A stretch of 64,000 nucleotides of DNA, from positions 128,001-192,000 of the forward strand of contig JBBRSP010000002.1 of the NCBI GenBank assembly GCA_038245295.1, given 5' to 3'. A model generated the notes under the pieces. That model made no database searches. It was not told the origin of the DNA and was given only the letters and a program-made list of their open reading frames with translations. This DNA comes from Candidatus Binatia bacterium (GTDB lineage Bacteria; Desulfobacterota; Binatia; HRBIN30). Shown here one piece after another: positions 8,686-19,750 of the stretch; the stretch's first letter is position 1, and each line of letters starts with the position of its first letter. The translations under genes were made by a program, and so were the position numbers.

Positions 8686-9924
8686 TCACGGGACCTGGCC
8701 GGAGTCAGCGCCGACCTGCAGCGACGACTCATCCACGACTTCAAAGTCGGCGCCGTGCAGTTGCTGCAGCTGGTGCAGATCATCGTTGTCCCAGCGCGCG
8801 TCGGCGACGCCGCTGACGAACATCGATGAGCCGTTGTCGGCGAGGAGCATGCCGTATTTCTTCAGGGCGGTGAGGATGACCTGGTTGTGCGCCGAATAGG
8901 CTGACATGTCGAACGACGACTTGAGCCGCAGGCGGATGCCCATCGGCGGCAGGCTCGGGTCGGACGATGAGCTGGCGAAGTGTCGCGCCGGCCAGACATA
9001 GGAGCGCTGCGTCTGGCTGGCGGTGAAACGTAGCGCGTGGTTGATGCTTCCGGCGGCGACCTCGTCGTAACGCGCCAGTCCGGGCAGCATTGGCAGGCCA
9101 GCCGCGTCGGCCGAGGTCCAGGTGTCCGAGCGCAGGTTGTTGCTGTTGAGGTCCCACGTCGCGCCGGATCCGGCGCTCCACGACTTGCCGCGGCCGTGCC
9201 AGCGGGCACTGTAAATCTCGTACAAATGACAGGTCGCCGAATCGACGATCAGGATGTGCCGGTCGCCGGCTCCGTCACCTGGCCGCTTGCCGCCTTCGAT
9301 TGGTGCGTAGGGCGGGATTGGATACGGACCGGCGTCACTCTCGTCGGCGTATAGAAAGCTGATGGGGATGAGCGGCTGGATGCTCGGCACCACAGTGTAG
9401 GGGATGCCGATGGGTCGTTTGTTGTAGAGCCCCGAACCGAAGTCGGGATGCAGAGCGTTCGCGGCACCGATGCTGTTGATCCAGGTCGTCGAGCTCGCGT
9501 GCACCGGAAGCGCCGAAATATCCGCGTTCCAGACATTGTTCGTCGGGAACAGGGTGCACGGCACCGGCAACGGTTGCGGAATACAGCCTTTGATGTAGGC
9601 GGCGCAGCGTTGGCCGCCGTCATCATTGAGAAAGATCGTGCAAGTCGGCGGTGGCGTCGTGCGCGCCGGGTTGCCGATGGCCGCCAGTGTGCAGCCTCGC
9701 GAGCTGCTGCCGGTGCTGCGGACACAGGTCGTTTGATTGTCGAACGCCTGGCTTTCCAGGCTCAGCTCATTACCCCAGCGCAGGGTACCGACAATGCCGC
9801 TGGCACTGACGATGATGGTCCCGTCGCGCATGTGGCCGGTGCGGCATCGGGTTACGCCGTGCGCCGCAGGCGAAGAGAATAGGACAAGCGCCAGTGCCAG
9901 AGGGGCGACGCGAAGCTCGCGCAT
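8686..9924 (-). CDS. Secreted conserved hypothetical protein with a Cys-rich N-terminal module
   Basis: Signal peptide; C-terminal region with GIPYTVV, YADESDAGPYPIP, GDRH, SADAAGLP, LKKYGMLLADNGS motifs. Confidence 0.7.
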   Translation of the reverse strand: MRELRVAPLALALVLFSSPAAHGVTRCRTGHMRDGTIIVSASGIVGTLRWGNELSLESQAFDNQTTCVRSTGSSSRGCTLAAIGNPARTTPPPTCTIFLNDDGGQRCAAYIKGCIPQPLPVPCTLFPTNNVWNADISALPVHASSTTWINSIGAANALHPDFGSGLYNKRPIGIPYTVVPSIQPLIPISFLYADESDAGPYPIPPYAPIEGGKRPGDGAGDRHILIVDSATCHLYEIYSARWHGRGKSWSAGSGATWDLNSNNLRSDTWTSADAAGLPMLPGLARYDEVAAGSINHALRFTASQTQRSYVWPARHFASSSSDPSLPPMGIRLRLKSSFDMSAYSAHNQVILTALKKYGMLLADNGSSMFVSGVADARWDNDDLHQLQQLHGADFEVVDESSLQVGADSGQVP

Positions 9925-10005
9925 GGTGGTTCCCTTTCGCGGTCAAGGATGCCTCAAGCGGAGGCGGCAAGCCATCGGTTTTCTCGACGGACGGGCGCGT
10001 CGACG

Positions 10006-11508
10006 TCAGGCCCGCGTGCGCCACAGCAGCAGCGCCGCGATGGCAACGACACTCCAGGCAAACACGTCACCGAAACGGGTGTAGAAGGTTTGCAGATCGA
10101 GCAGATGCACCGGCGCTTCGACGACTTCGGTGGTGAACAATCCACCCTGGGCCACAACACGACCGGCAGCATCGATGACGGCGGTGACGCCGGAGTTCGA
10201 GCCACGCAGCAAATAGCGGCGATTCTCGACAGTGCGCCACAAGGCAAGCGCCTGATGTTGATACGGCGCCGCGCTATCGCCATACCACGCGTCGTTGAGG
10301 ATATTGATCAGCACTTGTGCGCCGGCCTCGGTCGTATGGCGCGGCATGTTGGAGACGATGTCCTCGTAACAAATGAGTTGCCCGACCTTCGCTTTGCCGC
10401 CGATGTCGAACACGGCGACCTGGCTGCCGCTGGTGAAGTGACCGGTTTCCGGACTAAGTTTGTAGATCCACGGGAAATACTCGCCGAGCGGAATGTACTC
10501 GCCGAACGGCATCAGGATGCGTTTGTCGTAACGATCGCGCAGTTGCGCCCCAGGACCCATCAGAAAGGCGCTGTTGAACTCGTCGGCCATGTCCGGCCCC
10601 GTCAGTCGGAACGACAGGCCGCCGAAGATGAGGTTGGTGCGCAGGATGCCGAACGGGTTCTCCTTCGGCGGGATGGTGGTCGCGTCGACCGGGATCCAGT
10701 GTTGGTTGACCGTCTCCGGCCAGACGATCAGGTCGACACGATCCTGCAGCTCGGCCGACAGATCCTGATACTTGTCGAGGTTGACATCGAAGTAGCGAAC
10801 GTCGCCTTTCTCTTTGAGGCCGACGTTGCCTTGCACCAGCGCCACACGCAGGGTGGGGGCGGCGGCGATCGCCGCATCGACCTGCGGCAGACGGACTTCT
10901 CCGTACACGAACAACGCGATGGCCGCAGCGCTCGCCGCTAGCAGCGGCACAAATCGGCGCTGCGATTCGAGAATCGCATAGGTCACTGCCGACGCAAACC
11001 AAACGATGACGAAGCTCAGCCCGTACGGCCCGGTGATCTCACCGATCTGGATGAGCGCCGGCACCTGCCACTGAGTGTGCCCCATGCGCCACGGAAACTC
11101 GTTCGGAAAGAGGAACTCCAGACTCACCCACAGGAATGGCGCCGCCAAGCCGAGGGCTCCGAATCCAACCCGGCGCCAGGCCACGGCAAAGAGCAGGAAC
11201 TCCGTGGCGGTGAGGATCGTGAGCAACGCGTACAGCGCGATGGCAACGGCATAGGGAAAGCCACCGAACACCTCGAAGGTGTAGGCCAGCCAGTAGAACG
11301 CCGGCAGGTTGGTGACGAGGCCGGCGACATACCCAACGCGCGCCGCCTGCCGCGCCGACTGCGTCTGGCGCAGGGCCCACAGCAGCGGCACGAATGCGAC
11401 CCAGGCAAGCGGGTACAACCAGAAACGCAGGAAGCTGGCGGCGATCGCCGCGCCACTGGCGGCGGCGGCCCAGTAAAGCCGCGATGTCTTGGGAGCGGAA
11501 GGCGCCAA
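10006..11508 (-). CDS. lnt: Apolipoprotein N-acyltransferase
   Basis: TM N-terminus; VQGN, WPE, YDKRILMPFGEY, ICYE, NDAWYG nitrilase-fold motifs. Confidence 0.93.
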   Translation of the reverse strand: MAPSAPKTSRLYWAAAASGAAIAASFLRFWLYPLAWVAFVPLLWALRQTQSARQAARVGYVAGLVTNLPAFYWLAYTFEVFGGFPYAVAIALYALLTILTATEFLLFAVAWRRVGFGALGLAAPFLWVSLEFLFPNEFPWRMGHTQWQVPALIQIGEITGPYGLSFVIVWFASAVTYAILESQRRFVPLLAASAAAIALFVYGEVRLPQVDAAIAAAPTLRVALVQGNVGLKEKGDVRYFDVNLDKYQDLSAELQDRVDLIVWPETVNQHWIPVDATTIPPKENPFGILRTNLIFGGLSFRLTGPDMADEFNSAFLMGPGAQLRDRYDKRILMPFGEYIPLGEYFPWIYKLSPETGHFTSGSQVAVFDIGGKAKVGQLICYEDIVSNMPRHTTEAGAQVLINILNDAWYGDSAAPYQHQALALWRTVENRRYLLRGSNSGVTAVIDAAGRVVAQGGLFTTEVVEAPVHLLDLQTFYTRFGDVFAWSVVAIAALLLWRTRA

Positions 11509-11520
11509 ACTGGGCGCCGG

Positions 11521-11724
11521 TCAGCGGTTCTTCAGGCCCAGGGCTTGCGGACCCTTCTCGCCCTTGCGCACCTGGAACTCGACCTCTTCGCCCTCGCGTA
11601 GATCGTCGAAGATGACGCGCGGCGCCAGGCTGCTGCGGTGGAAGAACACATCGTCGCTGCCGTCGTCGGGTGTCACGAAGCCGAATCCCTTGTCGCGTAC
11701 GATTTTCTTGATGGTACCAAACAT
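11521..11724 (-). CDS. Cold-shock domain protein
   Basis: KGFGFV (RNP1), DVFFH (RNP2), KGPQA; AGGAG-like SD. Confidence 0.93.
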   Translation of the reverse strand: MFGTIKKIVRDKGFGFVTPDDGSDDVFFHRSSLAPRVIFDDLREGEEVEFQVRKGEKGPQALGLKNR

Positions 11725-11752
11725 GTCGTCTCTCCTCCGCTTGTGAAACGCC

Positions 11753-13051
11753 TCAACGGCGCCGTGGCGGCCCGCCACGACGGCCACCGGGTGGTCGACC
11801 GCCATGTCCCCCACCGGGCCGGTGCGTGGTTTCTCGGCGAGCTCCTTTGGGTGCAACGAACAGCTCGTCGCTCGGTTCGCCAACGGGAATCTTGAAGGTG
11901 GTGAGCTGCTCGATGCTCTCGAGCGCCTCGACATAGTCCTCACACGCTAAACTGATCGCCTTCCCGGAGGCGCCGGCACGCGCCGTGCGGCCGACGCGAT
12001 GGACATAGTTCTCCGGGTCCTGCGGCAGATCGTAGTTGAACACGTGTGTCACATCGTCGATGTGCAGGCCGCGCGACGCGACATCCGTGGCGACCAAGAT
12101 CGGCAGCTCTCCGGAGCCGAACTCCTTGACGACACGCAGGCGCACGCGTTGATCGAGATCACCCGTAATGGCGCGAGCGCGGTAACCGTTCTCATCGAGG
12201 CGATTGGCCAACCACTCGCCGGTGCGCTTGGTATTCACGAAAACCATGGCCCGCTGCGGTTTCTCGCGCGCGAGTAGACCCAACATGAGAGGCAACTTCT
12301 CGTTTTTGCCGACGTGAAACAGCTCATGCTCGACATTGATCGCCGTCACCTGCTCGGGATTCACCGCGACTTTCACGGGATCGTTCATGTGTTCGTAGGC
12401 AAGCTCCATCACCGAGTACGACAGAGTTGCTGAGAACAGCATCGATTGGCGACGGTTGTATGGCGGCAGGCGTCGTAACATGAAGCGCAGATCGGCGATG
12501 AAGCCCATGTCGAACATGCGGTCGGCTTCGTCGATCACCAGGACCTGAACATGGCGCAGCGAGTAGACGTGTTGCTTGAAATAGTCGATCAGCCGCCCGG
12601 GGGTGCCAATCAAGATGTCGCAGCCTTGCGCCAACAAGTCGCGTTGCTTGCGATAGTCGATGCCACCAAACACGGCCTGCATGGACAAGCCGGTAAACTG
12701 CCCGAGCGCCTGGGCATCGCGCAGGATCTGCATCACCAGTTCGCGGGTCGGAGCGATGACGAGCGCACGCGGCGCCGGTTCCTGGCTGTCGGCTGGTGGA
12801 TGGGCGAGCAAACGGGTGAACGTGGTGACCAGGAACGCGGCCGTCTTGCCGGTGCCGGTTTGCGCCTGACCGGCGACATCCTTCCCCGTGATCGAGAGAG
12901 GCAAGATGCGGGCTTGAATCGGTGTGCACTTCTCGAAGCCGACTGCACGGATGCCACGTTGCACCGGTTCCGGGAGAGAAAGTTCGTCGAATCTCTCGAC
13001 GACAGGAGTAGCCCCCGGCTCTACCGATGGCGTGGCTGTTTGCGAAGTCAC
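11753..13051 (-). CDS. rhlB: DEAD-box RNA helicase, RhlB-like
   Basis: AGQAQTGTGKT, PTREL, DEAD, SAT, RGLHI, HRVGRTAR, ISLACEDY. Confidence 0.85.
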   Translation of the reverse strand: MTSQTATPSVEPGATPVVERFDELSLPEPVQRGIRAVGFEKCTPIQARILPLSITGKDVAGQAQTGTGKTAAFLVTTFTRLLAHPPADSQEPAPRALVIAPTRELVMQILRDAQALGQFTGLSMQAVFGGIDYRKQRDLLAQGCDILIGTPGRLIDYFKQHVYSLRHVQVLVIDEADRMFDMGFIADLRFMLRRLPPYNRRQSMLFSATLSYSVMELAYEHMNDPVKVAVNPEQVTAINVEHELFHVGKNEKLPLMLGLLAREKPQRAMVFVNTKRTGEWLANRLDENGYRARAITGDLDQRVRLRVVKEFGSGELPILVATDVASRGLHIDDVTHVFNYDLPQDPENYVHRVGRTARAGASGKAISLACEDYVEALESIEQLTTFKIPVGEPSDELFVAPKGARRETTHRPGGGHGGRPPGGRRGGPPRRR

Positions 13052-13199
13052 CGGGCGCGCAATCTAGCGCCACCCCGGTGGAGCCACAACCCAATCCGGG
13101 GTGACCGCCGGTGCCCCCCCATTGGCAGTGGCGCAGAAAAACGGATAGGAACGCGCGCAACAAAGCATGCGAAGTTGGCACCACAGTCCGCAGGGTACC

Positions 13200-15209
13200 A
13201 TGAACGTTCAAACCGGCGAGGCGCGAAACACGACGCGGAGTCTTGCGACGCGGTGGAAGGCACCTGTGTGCACCCTGTGCGCCTTGCTGTTGCTGAGCAG
13301 CACGGTCCGCCACAGCCAGGCTCAGGTGGCCGGCGACGCCAACTGCGATAACGTCATCGACGCGAACGACGTCTCGGCACTGGTCGAGACAGCGTTCAAC
13401 TCGCCCACCAATCCGGCCTGCGGCTTTGCCGATGTGAACGGCGACGGGCGTGTGGACGCCGGCGACATCGTCTCCCTGGCGCGCATCCTTGCACCGCCTC
13501 CTGCCGGTCCTGTCCTCAGCTACTTCGGCATTGCCAGCGCCGAGGGTGTAGCGGCGGGGTCGGTAGGCTCGGTTGGCGCCGTGCCGATCTTTTTCCGCCG
13601 CATCGGTTCGGGCTTTCAAATCGTCGTCGAAGGACGGGCCGGCAGCAACGGTCGTGCACCTGGGCTGACCACGTACAATCCGGACCCGCGTGATCCAGCC
13701 AAACGGCCCGACATCCAGCTTTTGAGCGCCCGGGCTCTCGGTGACGGCAGCCGCGAGGTGTGCCTCGGCGGCGTACCGGCCGTCGATCCCCCGACATTTG
13801 GTCCGCAGCAACCTATCGCCGATGCCCTCAACGACATCGGCTGCAACTTCATTCTATCGAGCCAGGGTAGCTGCACACAGAACTCCTTTGGTCAGCCGGC
13901 CTTCCTCGGCAGCGGCACGCAGGCCCAGTTTTGCCTACTGGTGCCGCGCACCCTTGCGCTGCCGGACGGCGACACGCTGCTGAGTGTGCGGCTGCGTGAT
14001 GCCAATGGTGTTGTCGGACCAATTCGCCAAATGATCATTCGCGTCGGCAACGACGCGCCGCCGACGTTCACTTCCACTGCGACAAGCACACGTACTCCGA
14101 CACGCACGGCAACACCGCCGTTTACGATCCGACCAACCAATACACCGACGGGACCGCGGCCCCCTTCGCGTACACCGACCGCCACGCCGCGCAGCGCCTC
14201 GGCGACAGCAACCTTACGCCCGACCGATACGCCGGCCAACGCGACGCCCAATTCACCGACGCGAACCGCCACACGTTCGGCAACGCCAACACTCACCCAG
14301 ACAGCATCGCTGACGGCAACCGGACCGCGCCCGAGCGTCACGAAAACCCCGACGGCCACCATCACCATGGTGCCGGTCCGCACGCCGACACCGACAGCAT
14401 CGCTGCGGCCGACCGCAACGGCCACGGTCACGACGACAGCCCCGCGAGCCACGCCGACGCGGACGGCAACCAGCACGGCAACAACGACGCGCTCGCTAAC
14501 GCCGACCCGCAGCGTGACAAGAACTGCAAGCCCCACACCGCCGGTAACGGTGACACCGACACGCACGCAGACGCGAACCCCGCGGTCGACACCAACACCC
14601 ACGCCAACCGACAACGGCGCGCAGGGACCGCAGATTACCTACTTCGGTCTGACCCGCGCCGACGACTCGCTGGTCGAGCCAATCGGCAACACGCAGGACA
14701 GTGTGCCGATCTATACGCGACCCGCCGGAGCCGGATTCTCCCTGTTGATCGAAGGGAAGCCGGGCGCCAGCCGCGCCGCGCTAGGACAGTCGACGTACGT
14801 CGTTGGTTCCGACGCACTGCCGGATCTGCAGATTGTCGCGTCGCGACAGCTTGGCGACGGCAGCCCGGCGATTTGCGATGTCACACCTCCCGACGTCGGT
14901 GGTGTTCCGGCTCTCGATCCACCGATCTTCGACGATAGTCAGAACGTCATCGACACCGTGAACGACCTCGCCTGCCGTTTCGTCGACGGCAGTGGCCAGC
15001 CAAGAGGGCGCGGTCAAAACGACGCCTGCGTCCTGTTCTCGAACGGTGACTATCGCTTCGTCAGTCCATCGTCGATGCTCCAGTTCTGCGGCTTCATCGA
15101 CGGAGCCCTGCACTTCCCCAATGGTGACACGCGCTTTACAGCGCGCCTGCGCGACGCCCAGGGCAATGTCGGCCTACCGCGCCAGATCGTCGTCCGAGTC
15201 GGCCAGTAA
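13200..15209 (+). CDS. Secreted protein: dockerin-like EF-hand pair + two copies of an unknown ~180-aa domain separated by a Thr/Pro-rich linker
   Basis: Signal peptide; GDANCDNVID and ADVNGDGRVDAGD loops; internal duplication visible in the translation. Confidence 0.8.
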   Translation: MNVQTGEARNTTRSLATRWKAPVCTLCALLLLSSTVRHSQAQVAGDANCDNVIDANDVSALVETAFNSPTNPACGFADVNGDGRVDAGDIVSLARILAPPPAGPVLSYFGIASAEGVAAGSVGSVGAVPIFFRRIGSGFQIVVEGRAGSNGRAPGLTTYNPDPRDPAKRPDIQLLSARALGDGSREVCLGGVPAVDPPTFGPQQPIADALNDIGCNFILSSQGSCTQNSFGQPAFLGSGTQAQFCLLVPRTLALPDGDTLLSVRLRDANGVVGPIRQMIIRVGNDAPPTFTSTATSTRTPTRTATPPFTIRPTNTPTGPRPPSRTPTATPRSASATATLRPTDTPANATPNSPTRTATRSATPTLTQTASLTATGPRPSVTKTPTATITMVPVRTPTPTASLRPTATATVTTTAPRATPTRTATSTATTTRSLTPTRSVTRTASPTPPVTVTPTRTQTRTPRSTPTPTPTDNGAQGPQITYFGLTRADDSLVEPIGNTQDSVPIYTRPAGAGFSLLIEGKPGASRAALGQSTYVVGSDALPDLQIVASRQLGDGSPAICDVTPPDVGGVPALDPPIFDDSQNVIDTVNDLACRFVDGSGQPRGRGQNDACVLFSNGDYRFVSPSSMLQFCGFIDGALHFPNGDTRFTARLRDAQGNVGLPRQIVVRVGQ

Positions 15210-15257
15210 CGTAAAAGGATGAAGTGTGAGGGTGAGTCACCCTTCACCGTTCACTCT

Positions 15258-16577
15258 TCAAACGGCTTCCGACCGACAAGCCTGATCACAGCCGTCGCCG
15301 TTGTCACGGTTGCCGTCGTCGCAGGTCTCGTGATCGCGCTGCACGATTCCGTCGCCGCAGGTGCTGGGACGGCAGTAGAGCTGCAGGCCGTCACGATCGC
15401 GCGTGCCGTTGGAGCTGATGGCCTGCAGACGGAAGCGCTTGCGACCGGCGAGCAACCGTCCACTCTGATTCGAACCCAGCGGTACCTGTAAGGCAAACCA
15501 AGCGCTGCATGCATCGATGCGATCGTTGGCGCCGCCGCTTTGAACGATGGTCTCGCGTCGAGCCACTGTGAGACGCAGCCCCGCGTGCCCTGCCGAGTCT
15601 TCGAGACGCAACAGATTAGCGGCGTCGGCGCTGTCTAGGAGGCCATCCGGGCGCGGCATCCGTACTTCGAGAGTTTTGACGTCGCTGGCGACACACTTGG
15701 ACAGGCGCGGATCGGCGTTGTTGATGCACAGCCGGGCGCGAAACGTGCAGCTCTGATTGTCGAGATCGGGATCGTCGTCGCAGGTCGGATCCCCTTCGTA
15801 ACAAACCAGCTTGCCCTTCGGCATGCCGCCGCGATCCGGCAGCGGCGCCGGCCGGGTGACCCACTCGACCAGACAATCGGTGGACTTCGGTCCGCCGCCG
15901 CGCACGCACGGGTTGGTCGTGGCCGCCCCGGTGCATTGGCCTGGTGTCGGCGACACCGTTGTTGTCGCCGTGCCGGTGCGTGTCGCGGTCGCCGTTGGCG
16001 TCGCCGTCGGGGTCGAGGTCCGGGTCGCCGTCGCCGTGACGGTGGCTGTTACGGTGATTGTGGGCGTTCGTGTCGGTGTCGGTACGACCAACGCATAGGC
16101 CGACGAGGTGGTATTGCCGATCGCGCCATTCAGCACCGGCGAGGCGGACATGAGGATCGTCTTGTTACCCGGCGTGCTGCCGTTGGTAATGTCGCGCAAG
16201 ACAATCGTCAGTGGTGTGCCACTAGCGGCGTTGATCGGCGAGATGAACGTAATGGTCTGGCCGGCGTTGCCGATGAAGCTCTCGATCGGAATGCCGTTGA
16301 TGCTGCCGGCCGAGACGGTTCCCACCTCGGTGTCGACCTGGAACAAGATGGTGACGTAGCTCACCGTCGTCAGATCGCAGCCGCTCAAGTTCGGAACGGC
16401 GGTTTCAATGGTGAAGTCGCTCAAGCGCGACGTGATCGGACTCGCCGCGGTAACCGTGATTGGCTGAAACGTTCTACCGCCGCAATTGTAGGCCAGGGCC
16501 GCATCCGTCCAAGGAAAGACGGCAACCATTGCGACTACTGAGCCCGTAAGGATGGAACGAACTACCCCGAGATTCAT
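15258..16577 (-). CDS. Secreted Cys-rich protein with Thr-rich linker and C-terminal Myxococcus cysteine-rich repeat (DUF4215-like)
   Basis: Signal peptide; CGDGIVQRDHETCDDGNRDNGDGCDQAC; GAGGAGG SD. Confidence 0.8.
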   Translation of the reverse strand: MNLGVVRSILTGSVVAMVAVFPWTDAALAYNCGGRTFQPITVTAASPITSRLSDFTIETAVPNLSGCDLTTVSYVTILFQVDTEVGTVSAGSINGIPIESFIGNAGQTITFISPINAASGTPLTIVLRDITNGSTPGNKTILMSASPVLNGAIGNTTSSAYALVVPTPTRTPTITVTATVTATATRTSTPTATPTATATRTGTATTTVSPTPGQCTGAATTNPCVRGGGPKSTDCLVEWVTRPAPLPDRGGMPKGKLVCYEGDPTCDDDPDLDNQSCTFRARLCINNADPRLSKCVASDVKTLEVRMPRPDGLLDSADAANLLRLEDSAGHAGLRLTVARRETIVQSGGANDRIDACSAWFALQVPLGSNQSGRLLAGRKRFRLQAISSNGTRDRDGLQLYCRPSTCGDGIVQRDHETCDDGNRDNGDGCDQACRSEAV

Positions 16578-16935
16578 AGTGCACCTCCTCGCGCCAAGTT
16601 GACGCAGAGGAGAGCACGCGGCTTGCCAACTCCGGCAAGCACGAAAGTCGGCGCGGCGCGGCCAACCCCGCCGCTCAGGCGGACTCACTCAGAGTCGCGT
16701 CGAAGGCTCAGTCTGATGCCACCACTGCATGGCTGCATTGAACCTAAGCCAAGCAGGGATGTCGTTTGGTGCGACGCGGCTGAGCACGCGAAATGGCCAC
16801 GCAGCACAGCTCCAGGCGCAGAAGATGTCTCAACACTGGGAAGGCCAGCCAACGGCCGGGCTGCGCCCGTCGCAGGGTGAGCCTACGTTTCGAGACAGCC
16901 GGCAATGCGCCGACCGGTTTGTCTTGCGTGCCGGG

Positions 16936-17748
16936 TTACGGCATGCAGGTCAGCTTGAGCACATCGCGATCCGAGCGCTTCCGGCTACCGGTCGAGTTGA
17001 GAAAGCGTTGCGCGCTGAGGCCGAGATATTTAGTGGTCGCCAGAGCCTGCCCCGTCGAGCTCATGCGCAGCGGGATGGTGAAGTCCGCAAACGCGGTACA
17101 CGCCCCTTCATCTTGCAACGATGGGTTGAAGCGGATGGAGCTGATGACACACTGGCCGTCGAAGGTGTTGAATCCGGAATCGCAATCGGTGTCTAGCGTG
17201 CAGGCCTGGCTGTACTTGTTGGTGGCGGCATTGCAGCGGCCGCGTTCGACGACGCCGCCGAGACCAAGAAGCTCGTCGATGATCGGATTGCCGAGGTTGG
17301 GATTGCGCGCGTTGTAGAGCAGTCGGACCCGATCGATGGCGTCCGGTGCACAGGATAGAATACGGGGATCGGTGTTGTTGAAGCACAGGGCAACGTGGAA
17401 GGTGCAGGCCTCGTCTCCGGGTGAGCCAAAATCGCACGCCGGATCATCATCCTGGCACGATACCGTCAGCCGGTTGGCGTCCGTCGACTGAGTCGGAATC
17501 GGCTCCGTCATCCATTCCTGGAAGCATTCCTTGTAGTCGAATCCTTTCGACCCCGGGATGAGCTCGTAGCGGCAGGTCGAGGAACAGAAGTCGTAGTCGA
17601 CCAGATTGCCGTCATCGCATTGCTCGCCAACGTCGACGACGCCGTCGCCGCAGGCGGCCCGCGACGTGCCCGCCGCCAGCAGCAGAAGTGCCGCGCTTGC
17701 CAAGCATCGACCGAAGAAACGCCACCCGACTGAAATTTCCTGTCTCAT
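16936..17748 (-). CDS. Secreted Cys-rich protein with N-terminal Myxococcus cysteine-rich repeat
   Basis: Signal peptide ending SRA; CGDGVVDVGEQCDDGNLVDYDFCSSTC; shares a domain with the downstream gene. Confidence 0.8.
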   Translation of the reverse strand: MRQEISVGWRFFGRCLASAALLLLAAGTSRAACGDGVVDVGEQCDDGNLVDYDFCSSTCRYELIPGSKGFDYKECFQEWMTEPIPTQSTDANRLTVSCQDDDPACDFGSPGDEACTFHVALCFNNTDPRILSCAPDAIDRVRLLYNARNPNLGNPIIDELLGLGGVVERGRCNAATNKYSQACTLDTDCDSGFNTFDGQCVISSIRFNPSLQDEGACTAFADFTIPLRMSSTGQALATTKYLGLSAQRFLNSTGSRKRSDRDVLKLTCMP

Positions 17749-17930
17749 AGTCAACCCCTCACTAGCCGTCTCGCTCGCTCGGCCTCCCGTAACGGTTATC
17801 GCCTCGGAACCAAGCGGTCTATTGCCTGTCGCATACCGAGACGACCTTTTGCAAGGAGGATTGAGCCTCGGTTGTGGGTAAGCCTTCCCATACCCGTACC
17901 GGCTCGTGCTAGAAGCGCCCACCAATACGT

Positions 17931-18536
17931 ATGGCGAACGCGAAGAAACACTTCTCAATGCTGCGTAGTTTCCACCTGGCTGACCTGTTCACTCTGGGAA
18001 ACGGCGCCTGCGGCGTGGCGGCAATCTTTCATGGCATGCGTTTCATGGACACGCAGTACAACCCGCACCTCTTCCTGGCGGCGGTGCTTGTCCCCGTAGC
18101 CCTCGTTTTCGATGTTCTCGACGGGCGAATTGCTCGCTGGCGCCACAAGGCTTCCCCCATGGGCCGCGAGCTCGACTCCCTTGCCGATGTAATTTCGTTC
18201 GGCGTGGCGCCTGCCTGTATCGGCTTCGCCATCGGCCTGCGCTCGGCCCTCGACCAGGCGGTGCTGCTGTATTTCGTGCTCTGCGGCTTGAGCCGCTTGG
18301 CGCGCTACAATATCTCGGCCGACGACATGGCGTCGCAGACCGGCAAGGTCGAGTACTTCGAAGGCACCCCGATTCCGACAAGCATCGTGCCTCTGCTCGG
18401 CGTTCTGCTCCTGTATTGGTACGAAGCACTCGGAATGATTCACCTCGCTGGCCTGCCGCTCCACCCGGCCACCCTGCTCTTCGCCTTGTCCGGCAGCTTG
18501 ATGATCAGCAAGACCATCCATATTCCAAAACCGTAG
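17931..18536 (+). CDS. pssA: CDP-diacylglycerol--serine O-phosphatidyltransferase (CDP-alcohol phosphotransferase family)
   Basis: DVLDGRIAR...GRELDSLADVISFGVAP, RLARYN, FEGTPIP. Confidence 0.85.
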   Translation: MANAKKHFSMLRSFHLADLFTLGNGACGVAAIFHGMRFMDTQYNPHLFLAAVLVPVALVFDVLDGRIARWRHKASPMGRELDSLADVISFGVAPACIGFAIGLRSALDQAVLLYFVLCGLSRLARYNISADDMASQTGKVEYFEGTPIPTSIVPLLGVLLLYWYEALGMIHLAGLPLHPATLLFALSGSLMISKTIHIPKP

Positions 18537-18637
18537 ATGTGCGGCGAACCGCCTGTCGGCGTTCGTGGGAACAACGCTTGAGCGGATTGTATCAACCGCG
18601 CCGTTCACGTAGGGCCACAGCAGGAGTTCCGTCGCGT

Positions 18638-19642
<1,005 letters not shown>

Positions 19643-19705
19643 CCCCCGCCCGCGCCCCCGCCCGCGTTCGAGGCGGGGGCACGGGCGCGGGCGAAGGCGG
19701 GGGGT
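19643..19705. repeat. GC-rich short-period palindrome after nadA (REP-like / hairpin)
   Basis: cccccgcccgcgcccccgcccgc...gcgggggcacgggcgcgggcgaaggcgggggg. Confidence 0.6.
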
Positions 19706-19750
19706 GTAGCTTGATTCCCGCCCGCCGTTGGGCCAATCCCTTGGCCGCGT

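Noticed and set aside
14055..14610. Repetitive ACG/CCG-rich DNA and antisense Val/Gly-rich ORF (13892-14614)
   Set aside because: Explained by the Thr/Pro-rich linker on the plus strand
18537..18637. Possible NAD+ riboswitch upstream of nadA
   Set aside because: Only short words (ACAAC, CGTAGG) match; no convincing structure visible
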